DNA of 20,802 bases, taken from positions 138,001-158,802 of the forward strand of contig NOWV01000181.1 of NCBI GenBank assembly GCA_003344405.1, read 5' to 3'. The position numbers were made by a program, and so were the translations under genes. Position 1 is the stretch's first letter. Every line of letters starts with the position of its first letter. The notes beneath the pieces were generated by a model. It was given only the letters and a program-made list of their open reading frames with translations. It did not search any database and was not told the origin of the DNA. Source of the stretch: Trichoplax sp. H2 (taxonomy: Eukaryota). Shown here piece after piece: positions 9,869 through 20,702 of the stretch.

Positions 9869-12073
9869 GAAAGGCATATCAAAAATTTCTATCGACGAAC
9901 TTATGGCAATATATCATGATTCGGAAATTGACTAATGAGTAAAAATTTTTCATATAATAATGGCATATCACTTATGATGGTTTGCCGATCGAACTGATGG
10001 AGATTATACTCTATAAAACAATACGGGTTTGCCTTCATTATCTTTATAATATCATTTTTGGTTTGGTAGTAATCATGTAAATGCTACCGTTAATTACTGA
10101 CAGATTGAGTCGCTTGCTGCACTTCACGATAGGCCCATTTGGAAATATTTAAATTCTAGATTTAATAAAACTAGACTACTATATGCATACTAAATAGTAA
10201 GCTTATTAGTAATACAAGTACTAATCTTGGTACTATTTGAGCTGTATATGTAGTTTATAACAAGAATTATAGGCATGAGATTTTTCCCCAAACATAATAA
10301 TTTATAAAATTATGGCTGAATTATATTATCCGAACACAATTAAGTTAAGATATCTAGTACTTATTAAAAGATATGAAAACCCTTTAGACTGTCATCAATT
10401 ACTATGCCGGGTCTGAAAGTACAATAATATTGCGAATTTTTTTGTCTATCAACGGTAATTAAACTCGGCAAGTAGATGATACTAAATTTTGCTAGCATAT
10501 TGTAATACTACTTACGGATAATTCTATAAATTTAAACTTATAGTACTCTTTAAAATTTTCGACGGTAATTTTTAAACATGCAGATAAAGTAATATCATAT
10601 TATAGAAAATAATTAATATCTAATATTTACCAGAATGCTTATATATGCACCTTATTTATTTATCTTATAAAACTAATCGTTGATGAAACATATAATAAAT
10701 TAATCTAAAGTAAAAGCACCTGAGTTATTCCAGAAGAACTAATAGACAAATTATATACTAAATTTTAAAGAAATCTTTATTATAGGATTAGAATAGTATG
10801 CCTTTAAGCATTGTGTTAGATATTAATTACAGTTTTTATTAGACAATGTATAGATTAGTATAACTACGCTTTAATTTATAGCATTTATAATACTGTAGTT
10901 TCTTAATTGTGTTATTTATAAACTCACTACTATATATTCTTATAGAGGGCAGATTGATAACTTGGAACACCAAAATTTATACTAGCTCTATACAAAATAC
11001 ATATAAAAATTTTTAAGAGCACTCATTCTCGTTTTACTACTGTTATACCTTAACATTGATAGTGATACATAAAATTTATTCGTAATTTTTATATGTAAAA
11101 ATATTGACCAAATAGAATCGAATAATTGCAATAGTAACTCATAGTGAGATAGCTCAATATTTTGCATAACCTGTTACTTCAGTGATGTCATAGAGTGAAC
11201 TATTTATAACTTTACATTCGTATTGTTTGTTTGCATACCTTTATTAAATCCAATAAAAGCTTTGAAAAAATTAAAATATATCGGCATGACAACGTTGAAC
11301 GTAATCTGCGTTACTTGTATCCTATTAATTCAGGTCGAAAGAATGTGTTATATATCTGCTACTTATATTCAAGGAGGCCTTTTTCCTTCCTTTACCTTAA
11401 GGTGAGTTAATTCTGTTTGGGATTACGTTACTTCTGGACGTGCATGCGCATTCATTTCCGGTTCCTAGCTATATCATAATAATGCCGTATCATACCTATA
11501 GCAGCCTATAACTAACTAAAGTTTGTAACGAAAAAACTAAAACTGCGAGCTTACTAGTAATGATATTCAACTACTTTCAATCCACTATCATTAGAGGGCT
11601 GCAGTACCTGCACATCTCCCTTTTACTATTAGCTAATCAACGAAAGTAGATTAAATACCAAGCAGTCTATTGCCACATGAATATCAATTAAGATTGCGTA
11701 CGTAACGTTACAAACAGATACACTTATGTCATAAAAATATCTATTTAATACTCTAAAAATATAATAATTAACATTAAATTTCTAGTTGTCAAGTGATAAT
11801 TATGTTACTGCTAGTTAGCGCAAGTTACACCTTAGGACAGAAATAAATATTATCTCACTTTGTCGACATAACTTTATGTCGCTTTTTAAAGGTTGCTTAA
11901 ATTGCTTTAATTACATGTACTGCATTTAGAAAACTCTGTATCAGATTTTTTACCCTATTAGCTTAATCTTTACCTATCACCTATTCATTCACTACGGTAC
12001 CCTTTTCTGCTTTTGAATTTAATTTTGAAGACATGAGAATGATTTAAAATACTAAGATCAGATGAAAGTAGCT

Positions 12074-12080
12074 TATAAAT
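12074..12080 (+). promoter_or_regulatory. Candidate TATA box (gctTATAAATttt) about 80 bp upstream of the CUB gene B ATG
   Basis: TATAAAT consensus; distance to the ATG at 12160 is compatible with a short 5' UTR. No transcript data. Confidence 0.25.
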
Positions 12081-12159
12081 TTTCTGATGCTGCAAAATAA
12101 TTACATTTCCTAACACTAATTAGGCGATTTTATTTATGTTTTAGAAGCAGATATCGAAA

Positions 12160-14462
12160 ATGAAGGTTGTCTTATTAACATTATTGTTCTTTATTACCAT
12201 TGCCACGACCGTTCAGGGTGAGTTTTATAATTAAATAATCTCAATTAACCATTTTCTTTATTTTATTCTCAGTTACTCTAAGTTACAACTAATTAAAGAC
12301 CGACAACCTTTGTATAGCGTTAGGACTAGCGTCATTTATTTATGGACTTTTCTCTCAGTCCGTTGTAGCTATGTTCTGTTTAATTTAATCATCGGTGTTT
12401 GAGTAACCTTTTATTTCAATTCTTAATAGCAAGTTGCAATATCACACTAACATCAAGGAGTGGCAGTTTTAAAAGCCCATATTATCCTCAAATGTATAAT
12501 CGCACATATTGTTACTACTCCATTTTCGTTCCCAGTGGCTACATAATTCGATTACATTGGCAGACATTTGATGTTGGCACACCTCAGACTTTCAGCAAAT
12601 GTCATGGCGATAAAGTAACAGTTTATAATGGATACAAAAGACCAGGTACTAAGAAAGTGGAGCTGTGTGGTCAAAAGAAAAAGTCTTTTTCTTCAACATC
12701 CAATCGTCTTACGGTTGTGTTCGATGGACGCACTAGTCGCAAATATCGAGGCTTCTATGCAGTTTATGATACAAGTAAGTCTTCCTCTCTTCATCATCAA
12801 CAAAATTAATAGAAATTATACTTAACAATTTTAATTAAAACAAGGTAACACAAATTATACTATTTGTTCTGTCCTTGTAGTAACCCCTATCGTAATGAGC
12901 AGCTACTAATTAAACTTATTCCAACAATTTAACTATATAGCTGTTATTTAGAATTTGACTTTCTTTGCAAGTAAAACTTTTTGGTATGATATTCGGCTTG
13001 GATTTTAATTGTAATAGAATTAATGCGTACTTTAGATACCCCGATGGCACGGTATGATTTTAAAATGATAGATTATTTTTTAAATTAGCAGCCAACCAAT
13101 TTACTATATATTGGCCAACTGCAGCAGGACAAATTCATTATTAACTACCGTACCTACGCAAAGATTTCATTGAAGCACAAATCTAACAGCACGTATTAAT
13201 TTCGATGGATCTTAATCTCAAAGAGCAAATACAATTGATCGTTCTTGGACCATCTTTAGAGAACGACATTGCATCTAATACCTGATAGTAACAATTAAAT
13301 TGATGCCTTACTTTCCTATTTGATAGATTAGTATCAAACTATAAAATCTTCCTGCTAACGACTGAGGGTCGACATTAAAGCCGAGTATTAAATAACAGTA
13401 ACTTGCAATTATGGCTAAATTTTAAGATCGATGTCTAGCTTGTACTTATGTAGTAGGATAGATAGAATAACAAGGTAGCTTCCATTAATAATAATATAGA
13501 AATGCTAAGTTGTAATAGCATTTGCTTATATTACACAAACTAGATTTATATGGCTGCAATGCATGCTGAACTTGTTGATTGAATAGACAGAAATAGCTAA
13601 ACTCTTAATTATTATCCGGCTAAAGAATTTTATCGTTTATATTAAGCTTTACCATCAATCACCGGCACTCCGAAGAGACCTGTTACTCCTTCTCGTGTGA
13701 GTACCTCCTCTTATATCTCCAAGACAGTAATTTTCAAAAATTCAACTTGTACCCGCTATCAATGGTACCATAATACACCACAAGGAAAAGTCCCCTACAA
13801 AATAACGATTACTTGTACGAAAGGTAAATTTTATTCTTTGCTTCTTAACTTAGTCAATCACAAGGACGCATTCAATTGCTATTCAAAGATACAATTCTGC
13901 AGTGACTACAGGATTAAAATTGGCTAAAATTTCCTGGTACTGTTACGGTTAATTGGATTAAATTATAAATTCTAGTTTTTCAAAATCAATTTTCTCAGTA
14001 TACTTATAATCAAGCTTACTCAGTTAGTAAAAACTTTTAAATGTTACGTATAGCTACAGGATAAGCAATTAGTACCTTTGATAAACTTGAATAACATTCA
14101 GACCGATGATATTTCAATCAGAATATGGACGATTTAAAGTAATAACAGTCATCGTACGATATAGTTGCACCCTTTACAACGTTTTGTTCGTCGTTTTAAG
14201 TACAAATTTGTTACCTGCGCGAGTTGCATCTTCAGCAAATTTCCATACAAAGCAAAACTATACTCAGATTCTACTGGTTGCGATATTAGTGTTAACGCTT
14301 TCTTACTATTTGTAATTATTTTTGTGTTACATGATTTCTATTATAGGTGTGAGCGTGGTTACCATTATTGCTGTATCGGTTAGTATTTTCATTTGTGCAA
14401 TAATTGCAGGAATTTTTTACACTATTAAAAGACGACGAGGACCTCATTTTGTTAGGCTATAA
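12160..14462 (+). CDS. Paralogous type-I membrane protein: signal peptide, one CUB domain, a Ser/Thr/Pro-rich linker with a 2-Cys motif, TM helix and a short basic tail (about 232 aa). Exons: 12160..12217, 12430..12774 (CUB, 345 nt), 13647..13823, 14347..14462 (stop TAA 14460..14462). All introns are phase 1.
   Basis: Exon 1 MKVVLLTLLFFITIATTVQ(A) with donor ggtgagt. Exon 2 ASCNITLTSRSGSFKSPYYPQMYNRTYCYYSIFVPSGYIIRLHWQTFDVGTPQTFSKCHGDKVTVYNGYKRPGTKKVELCGQKKKSFSSTSNRLTVVFDGRTSRKYRGFYAVYDT is a CUB with all four Cys, and is clearly homologous to gene A CUB1 and gene C CUB1 (shared WQTF.VG, C.GD.V.VY.G, CG, GF.A.Y). Exon 3 TLPSITGTPKRPVTPSRVSTSSYISKTVIFKNSTCTRYQWYHNTPQGKVPYKITITCTK is bounded upstream by an in-frame TAA immediately before the AG acceptor; its phase-1 entry matches the exon 2 donor acaa|gtaagt and it ends aaag|gtaaat. 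Exon 4 GVSVVTIIAVSVSIFICAIIAGIFYTIKRRRGPHFVRL* is a TM helix plus KRRR stop-transfer. Exon 2 is well supported. The choice of exons 3 and 4 rests on frame compatibility and on the architecture shared with gene A. Confidence 0.65.
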
Positions 14463-14779
14463 AGCGAGTGGACCACATCAGCACATAAAATTTGCTGGAA
14501 TACACAACATCCTTATATACAGTTGTTTCCAATTAGCGGTAACAATTACGAATATGATTATGTTATTAGTGCAAAAGATGCGCCGGTTTTAGTGTCGTAG
14601 GAAACTACAGCGATCGCAGCATTTCGTTCTTATTCGGAGTCTTGTTAATTAATAATAGATGTTATTCGTAATTCTCGTTTACAATCTTCGGCTTCTACAG
14701 TATACATACTAAGAATATAAGTATTGAAAGCAATGTAATAGCGATTGTCTATTAACTTGAAGTACTAGTCTGCATTTGG

Positions 14780-15720
14780 GTAGGTTCTAGATAATGAAAA
14801 TTCAGAAATTACTGTATCCCGTAGAATTTCGTTCTAATGAGTTTACTAAGTTTAGTAAGTGGATCGATGTTATTCATAACTATTAATTGCGATCTTTGGA
14901 TTTGTAAACAAAGTTAGAATACAAGTAGTTAAAACAAGACAATTCGCAACAGCAGAGATTTATGTTAACGAAAACCATGCAATAAACTATTTTATTCCAA
15001 ATCGTCTGTGATTAGAATTTGTTGGAGAATTCCAAAAAAGCAGATCTATTACAACATATTTGGTAAATATCGATGGCAATATGTTTTATATCTCCAAAAT
15101 TAGCGTAGAACTATGCAAACCGAAGCGTACACGTAGTTAAAGTAATGCAAGAGAGGTTTTTGTGAGCGAAAAACCAATAATAAACTGCTTGTATTCAGTA
15201 TCGTTAGTGATTAAAATTTGTTGAAGAATGCAAAAGAAGCAGGTTTATGGCTCCTTATTTAGGCAATATCAATAGCAATAGTAATCATAACCTCAAAATC
15301 AGTCTAGAACATTGTGAACTTAAGGGATACAAATAGTTAAAGCAACGCAACAGATATTATCTTCTTTGTAGTGGAGATTATAACCTGCTGTTAGAGATGT
15401 TTGTTCACGATAGACTGGAAAATACAGTAACCACAGAATTTCCGTCTTATACTTAGTCTAGTACGTGAATCGATGTTGATCATAACTTTTATATGTGATT
15501 TGCAGCTTTTAAACAAGGTAAGTAGATGACCAGTTATAGCAACGCTGCAGAAATTGTCCCCTTGCATTTGATAGTCTGCAACTGGAGAAGTTTATATTAA
15601 CGAGAATCCCGTAATAAACCATTTATTTCGAATTATTTGTGATTTCAATTTGTTGGAGATTCCAAAAGAAGCACATTCATAACACCTCATTTAGGCAATA
15701 TAAACAGCTGTATGCTTAAC
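14780..15720. repeat. Satellite-like diverged tandem repeat family, unit about 200-205 bp (units begin near 14928, 15134 and 15335). The third unit is interrupted by an insertion that itself resembles the segment just upstream (about 14790..14930).
   Basis: Recurring collinear blocks: agtagttaaaacaagacaattcgcaacagcagagatttatgttaacgaaaaccatgcaataaactattttattccaaatcgtctgtgattagaatttgttggagaattccaaaaaagcagatctattacaacatatttggtaaatatcgatggcaatatg // cgtagttaaagtaatgcaagagaggtttttgtgagcgaaaaaccaataataaactgcttgtattcagtatcgttagtgattaaaatttgttgaagaatgcaaaagaagcaggtttatggctccttatttaggcaatatcaatagcaatag // ...cccgtaataaaccatttatttcgaattatttgtgatttcaatttgttggagattccaaaagaagcacattcataacacctcatttaggcaatataaacagctg. 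Also gaatttcgttctaatgagtttactaagtttagtaagtggatcgatgttattcataact matches cagaatttccgtcttatacttagtctagtacgtgaatcgatgttgatcataact. Confidence 0.75.
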
Positions 15721-16589
15721 ATCATAATAATCATTCTTGAACATTGCAAGTATTAAGAATTGCTCCGCGACGAGTAATATGCATTAACACATAGACTTCT
15801 CAACTCTCATGTGAAGACAAGAAGTGATCGTACTGATGTTGTACCCGACTTTGTATACCATATCTACGCATACCATAATCGTATGATACTCCCACATTGT
15901 ACAGTAATCTATTCCATAAAGATACATGCATCATAAACATCATGAAGTCATATTACAATTTCAACGAGTGCTGGTAACTGTCACAACCCTCACTTGTGGC
16001 AAAGGAAAGTAAAGAACTCTAGTGTAGTTACTTAAAACTTGGGCTATTTCTCCCAGTACTTTCAGTTTCTATGAGAGAAGTATTTGAGAACTCGATTTCT
16101 CGGCTGATCTCCATAGACAACTGACTAATTATTACACCATTCTTCACGATATGAGTCTTGCCGTTTCTTGAGCAATTACTAACTTTATTCTACAAACACA
16201 CGCGCTTAAATAGGTTTCTACAGTGAATTCCAATATTAACGAGTGAGAATTCATGCTTTACAAGTTACATTAATTAGTATAATACCATTACTAAATATAC
16301 ATGTCGATATTCTCAGACTTAGATAGCTACAAGCTATCAGGTGTTAAGACGCTTAACCTTCGTCCATATACGGCTCAATTTTTAGAGATTAACACACCTT
16401 ATAAACCTACAGTAAATTAACTGCTAACAACTTCTATTTTTATCTCATTTCTATCATCCTATTATCAGCTACAAGCGCATTAAACATAGCACATAACCTT
16501 ATCTTAACTATTCATAAGCATTCACTAATCTACAGTTACTTAATTAGTAACGGCGTACCGTGACAGTAACATAACTTTATTGCTTGTTA

Positions 16590-16850
16590 CTCTACACATT
16601 TTACAACTACTGACGTAACAGCAAGTAAAAGCAAACAAGTAATTAAAGCGACAAAATAGAGATTATCTTCTCTGTGCTTGGAATGATAATCTGTAACTGG
16701 AAAGATTCTTGTCAACAAGAAGGCTGTAACAAAGTGTTTTATTCTGAATTGTTTGCGATTAGAATTTGTTGGAAAATTCAGAAGAAGCAGATTTACATTG
16801 CCCAATTTGGTTAATATCAATAGTAACGTGTTTCATAACTTTTTCTCTCC
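16590..16850. repeat. Additional dispersed copy of the same repeat unit of about 200 bp, roughly 900 bp downstream of the main array
   Basis: gtaattaaagcgacaaaatagagattatcttctctgtgcttggaatgataatctgtaactgg...aacaaagtgttttattctgaattgtttgcgattagaatttgttggaaaattcagaagaagcagatttacattgcccaatttggttaatatcaatagtaacgtgtttcataac aligns with the units at 15335 (aatagttaaagcaacgcaacagatattatcttctttgtagtggagattataacctgctg) and at 14980..15080. The minus-strand ORF 16587..16820 lies entirely within this repeat and is not regarded as coding. Confidence 0.65.
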
Positions 16851-17680
16851 CAAATTTTGAATATTCTCATACTAGTGTATCACTTATAGTAACATAACCT
16901 AACAATAAAAGTAGCCTATTAATTTGCTTATCTACATTAATGCCCATGCCATTCGATAAAAAGAATCATACAAGCTCCAAAGTATGATTACAATTAACGC
17001 ACGCGGCTATCACAGATATACAACTTTCATCTTGCAGTAGTCAGCAATCCATCAAGAATAATATATGCACAAATGCATGCATGAATGGAATGATCGCTGC
17101 TATTTCACAGGTATGCAACTATTAAAGTATTAGTTAAACAATCCATAACCATCATCAAATAGAACTACCTTGGAATGATAACAATTCTATCCCCGATAAT
17201 TATGACAAGCATGATGAATTGATGATGTCAGTGAGAGAATGCGCAGAATAATCTTTTCATCAAATAGAAAAAATAAATCTGTGGTTGGCATTCTAGTGGA
17301 TATATGATCTTTGTTAAAGAGCTCAACAGGACTTAATTTTAGCGATTCATATGTTAATTAATGCTTGCCACATTGATCAGTAACGTCGTTATTATTACCC
17401 TATTGACAGTTATTAACGAAGGCTATACAGTAGATTCATTAAAGGAAAAGAAAAATTGCCGTCATTCTATTCAAGAAGCTCTCTATTAAGGCTAGGAAGG
17501 ATAGTTAACGGAACTTTTTATCTAAGTTATCAGGAAATTTCGTGATAGACATACGATTTGGTAAGTTGAAATTCTCTTACTCGGTTTACGGATTCCTTCT
17601 CGGTTATCATGATGCAACAATGAATAGTGAAAGATATTGTCCACGGCAACGATTGTGCCTCATGCTGGTCAAATCGAGCA

Positions 17681-18050
17681 GTATCTTTAATCATTGAGCA
17701 TAACTTTTAGCACTCTTTGGGAAAGTAAAAATTATTTTTAAGTCACAATTGAAACAATATCTTTCAAAATCTTCCTTAGCTACTTAAAGTAAGATCATGA
17801 TATAGTTTACTAACTAGTAAAGCTATCTTAGTAAAAGATAGAGTCCTTAGGATCGAACATGATGGATGCTTGTCAACCCTAGTATCTTTAATTAAGCATT
17901 GAATATAAAACTTTAGCACTCCTTTAGGAAAGTGAAGTTTATTTTCAACTCAAGCTAAAAATATCATCTTTCAGTGTCGTTCTTAGCTACTAAAAATAAG
18001 ACCATAAAGCAGTTCACTATCTCATGAAGCTATCAGATTTTAGTCTGGCA
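17681..18050. repeat. Diverged tandem duplication, unit about 200 bp, two copies (17681..17880 and 17881..about 18050), upstream of CUB gene C
   Basis: gtatctttaatcattgagcataacttttagcactctttgggaaagtaaaaattatttttaagtcacaattgaaacaatatctttcaaaatcttccttagctacttaaagtaagatcatgatatagtttactaactagtaaagctatcttag versus agtatctttaattaagcattgaatataaaactttagcactcctttaggaaagtgaagtttattttcaactcaagctaaaaatatcatctttcagtgtcgttcttagctactaaaaataagaccataaagcagttcactatctcatgaagctatcag. About 75% identity by eye, collinear. Confidence 0.75.
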
Positions 18051-18962
18051 AATGATTTCTAAAATTTTAATGTATAGGTTACGATTAATATACGTAAGTT
18101 TTTTAGGTGTAGAATATCATGGACAGAAGTCAACAGGTCGCTCGCTTTACATCATCCTTCGTCTAATTACTTGCCATATACGTCTAATAGACTGTAATTT
18201 CCACCATAAAATTAGTTTATTGCAATGGGTTAAGTCTTAATCATGACAACAAATTAACTTTCGTATCAAACTTAGTGATCACTGCCAATTTCTATAGGTT
18301 TATTTGAAAGAATCGTAGATTTAAACCAATCAAGGAGACAGCTTCGCTTATATTTCACAGCTAGTAAAATCTTATCAGGTTCCTTTACCATCAGTCATTC
18401 TACGTCAAACGATGCCTTAAATGATATATTACTTTGAAGAAGGTTTACAAAGGTTCATAAGTACACCTTTTAGGCTGTAATTTAAGACAAAGATAGATAG
18501 TGTCCTCAAATATAACCTTTACAGTTTCTATTGCAAAGGATTCTGATGGATGGCAAGTCAAATTTTGAGAAAAAGATGTTCGAAATGGCATCTTATAATG
18601 CCTTTTCTCATGCTTACTAAAAGCATATATGCATATGCCTAAGCATCTTATACTTAGAGGCTCAGCAAGATTCAACTCAAGATAGTAAAAGTAGATATCG
18701 AAAACAGTTACGCAAATTGTATCAGAAATAGTGGCTAGTATGCCGATTTTGACAAATTATGATAGGCTTAATAAATATCCATAAACTTCTCTCTATACCA
18801 GTAATAACGTAATAAGCAAAGAAAGAACTAAAAAAAGACGCTATATTTTTATTTACTCTTATTCCTTCCATACCATTTTATCGATATCGAACTTAAAATC
18901 AAATTGTTTCTCTAAGAGTTGAATTCTAACTTTTCCCCAGAATACAAAAAACCCTTTCCGCC

Positions 18963-20702
18963 ATGAAATTAATTTCAATTGCTTTCATAACTGCCATCAT
19001 GATGGCCTGTGTCGACGGTAAGAAGTTAATTACAAGCAATAATGCTCTTATTACATTGCAATACTTAATCTTATTTTTAGTCTATAGGATGATAAACTGA
19101 AATTATGGCTTACAATCGTTATAATACACTACCTATTTTTTATTTGATTAATGATGGTAGCTAGTTGCAATTTCAAGTTGACATCGAACTCCGGATCCTT
19201 CCATAGCCCAAATTATCCAAATAATTATGCTAGTGGAAAGTGTGAATATAAAATTACAGTTCCTAAAGGTAAAGCGGTCCAGTTAACCTGGAAAACTTTC
19301 AATGTTGGTCCTTCCAAGGTGAATAAGAAGTGTCCTGGAGATACAGTTTCGGTCTATGATGGCACTAAGGACAAAAATAATGGCATTGACATTCTGTGTG
19401 GGCAAGAAATTCAATCAATTACATCGAGTGGCGGTAACCTGACTATCATTTTAGATAGTAAAAGCGACAAAAAATATAAAGGTTTTTCAGCTTCCTATAC
19501 TACAAGTACGTGAATTCTTCTAATATTTATATATAGATTAAAACCTACTAACAGATATAATTTAATTCTCAAGCCTTGTAAAACTTCTACATAACATGTA
19601 TAATGCATACATATACCGCACATATTTATTGTAAATACAGTATATGGTACATTGCCTATAAAGTAACGTATGACATATACAGTTTATAAGTAAATTTTTG
19701 TAATGTTATATTGATAGAAACCTACTAACACGTATAATTTCACTAAAAACCTTACATGCAGCGTAAATCGGCGACTGAATTTCTTTTATTCTCTTTAAAA
19801 TCACAGTTGACGTAGCCTGTAATGGTATGACTTTATCGACCGATTCAGGATATATTGCCTCTCCCAATTATCCTAACCCATATCCAATTAATTCAAATTG
19901 TTTGTATAAAATACAACTGCCACCTAGGAAAGTTATAGCTATTGGCTGGTTAGGCTTTGATATTCCTTTTGGCCAACCATCAAATTGTCAAGACTACGTG
20001 GAAGTTTATGATAAAGAACCCACAGAAAGCAGTAAAGTTTATCGCTATTGTGACCCTGGATATTATCCACCCCAATTTACCTCTAGCAGCAATGTAGCCT
20101 ATATAAAATTTGTTAGTTCCAGTACCAAAAACAAGAATCACAAAGGTTTTATTGCTTATTATCGATCAGGTGTGTTAAGCAAACACAGTGCCTATATTCA
20201 TAATAGTTAGTCTTTCGAAGTATATCAGGCGTGATTGCTCATTAAAAGCTAATGGAAAAGAAATTTAGCTGATGTATAGATAATTGCAAATATACTCGTT
20301 TTATTTATTAACCTTGTAATCTACCGTCTATTAAAATTAGGTACCAGACAAACCTGCAATATCAATTATGGCACTGCGACAGGAGTCGTTACAGTTCCTA
20401 ATGTACCATCACTAGTTGGTCAAAATTTGGACTGTAAAATTAACATCAACGCGAAATTGTCTGATATAATTAATTTTAAATGGATGGAATTTGGCTCTGA
20501 TTTATTCTCTAAGCCCGACTCTTGTCAAAATTTTATCGAAATTTACGGTGGTGACATGACTGCATCTAATTTAGTCTCGAAGAAATGTAATTCTAAAACA
20601 GGTTCTAGCGTCAGCATGAATGGTACAACGGCTATTGTGCATTATAAAATCAAAAATTATAACACCAAAAAAAACTTTCGCTTAGTTTATCAAGGAGGTT
20701 AG
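18963..20702 (+). CDS. Third paralog: signal peptide plus three CUB domains, possibly 3'-incomplete in this window. Exons: 18963..19017 (signal peptide), 19161..19505 (CUB1, 345 nt), 19807..20169 (CUB2, 363 nt), 20341..20697 or 20702 (CUB3; either stop TAG at 20700..20702 or GT donor at 20698 continuing beyond the window).
   Basis: Exon 1 MKLISIAFITAIMMACVD(G) with donor gtaaga. Exon 2 ASCNFKLTSNSGSFHSPNYPNNYASGKCEYKITVPKGKAVQLTWKTFNVGPSKVNKKCPGDTVSVYDGTKDKNNGIDILCGQEIQSITSSGGNLTIILDSKSDKKYKGFSASYTT has the same 345-nt length and the same phase-1 borders as the CUB1 exons of genes A and B, with donor acaa|gtacgt. Exon 3 IDVACNGMTLSTDSGYIASPNYPNPYPINSNCLYKIQLPPRKVIAIGWLGFDIPFGQPSNCQDYVEVYDKEPTESSKVYRYCDPGYYPPQFTSSSNVAYIKFVSSSTKNKNHKGFIAYYRS is homologous to gene A CUB2 (SMTITTDIGMLSGPLAYPWDCLYTIQL), with donor tcag|gtgtgt at the same YRS position. 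Exon 4 GTRQTCNINYGTATGVVTVPNVPSLVGQNLDCKININAKLSDIINFKWMEFGSDLFSKPDSCQNFIEIYGGDMTASNLVSKKCNSKTGSSVSMNGTTAIVHYKIKNYNTKKNFRLVYQGG has four Cys in CUB spacing. Frames agree with the ORF-track ORFs at 19151, 19827 and 20427. Confidence 0.75.

Noticed and set aside
11223-11405. 60-aa ORF ending at a GT (ccttaag|gtgagtta) that could mimic a signal-peptide first exon
   Set aside because: The encoded sequence (MFVCIPLLNPIKALKKLKYIGMTTLNVICVTCILLIQVERM...) is not a convincing signal peptide. Gene B already has a well-formed SP exon at 12160 with a TATA upstream, and the proposed exon would be 800 bp further upstream with no supporting features.
14106-14592. ORFs 14106..14315, 14165..14383 and 14404..14592 on the + strand
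   Set aside because: They are in different frames from the phase-compatible TM exon at 14347..14462. Their translations are low-complexity. The 14404 ORF begins inside the TM exon in the wrong frame.
16587-16820. 77-aa minus-strand ORF
   Set aside because: It lies entirely inside a copy of the repeat family of about 200 bp; the other copies have no conserved ORF.
18052-18675. ORFs 18052..18240 (plus) and 18445..18675 (minus) upstream of gene C
   Set aside because: No domain similarity. The first overlaps the end of the 17681..18050 tandem repeat region and AT-rich spacer. Chance ORFs are expected at this AT content.
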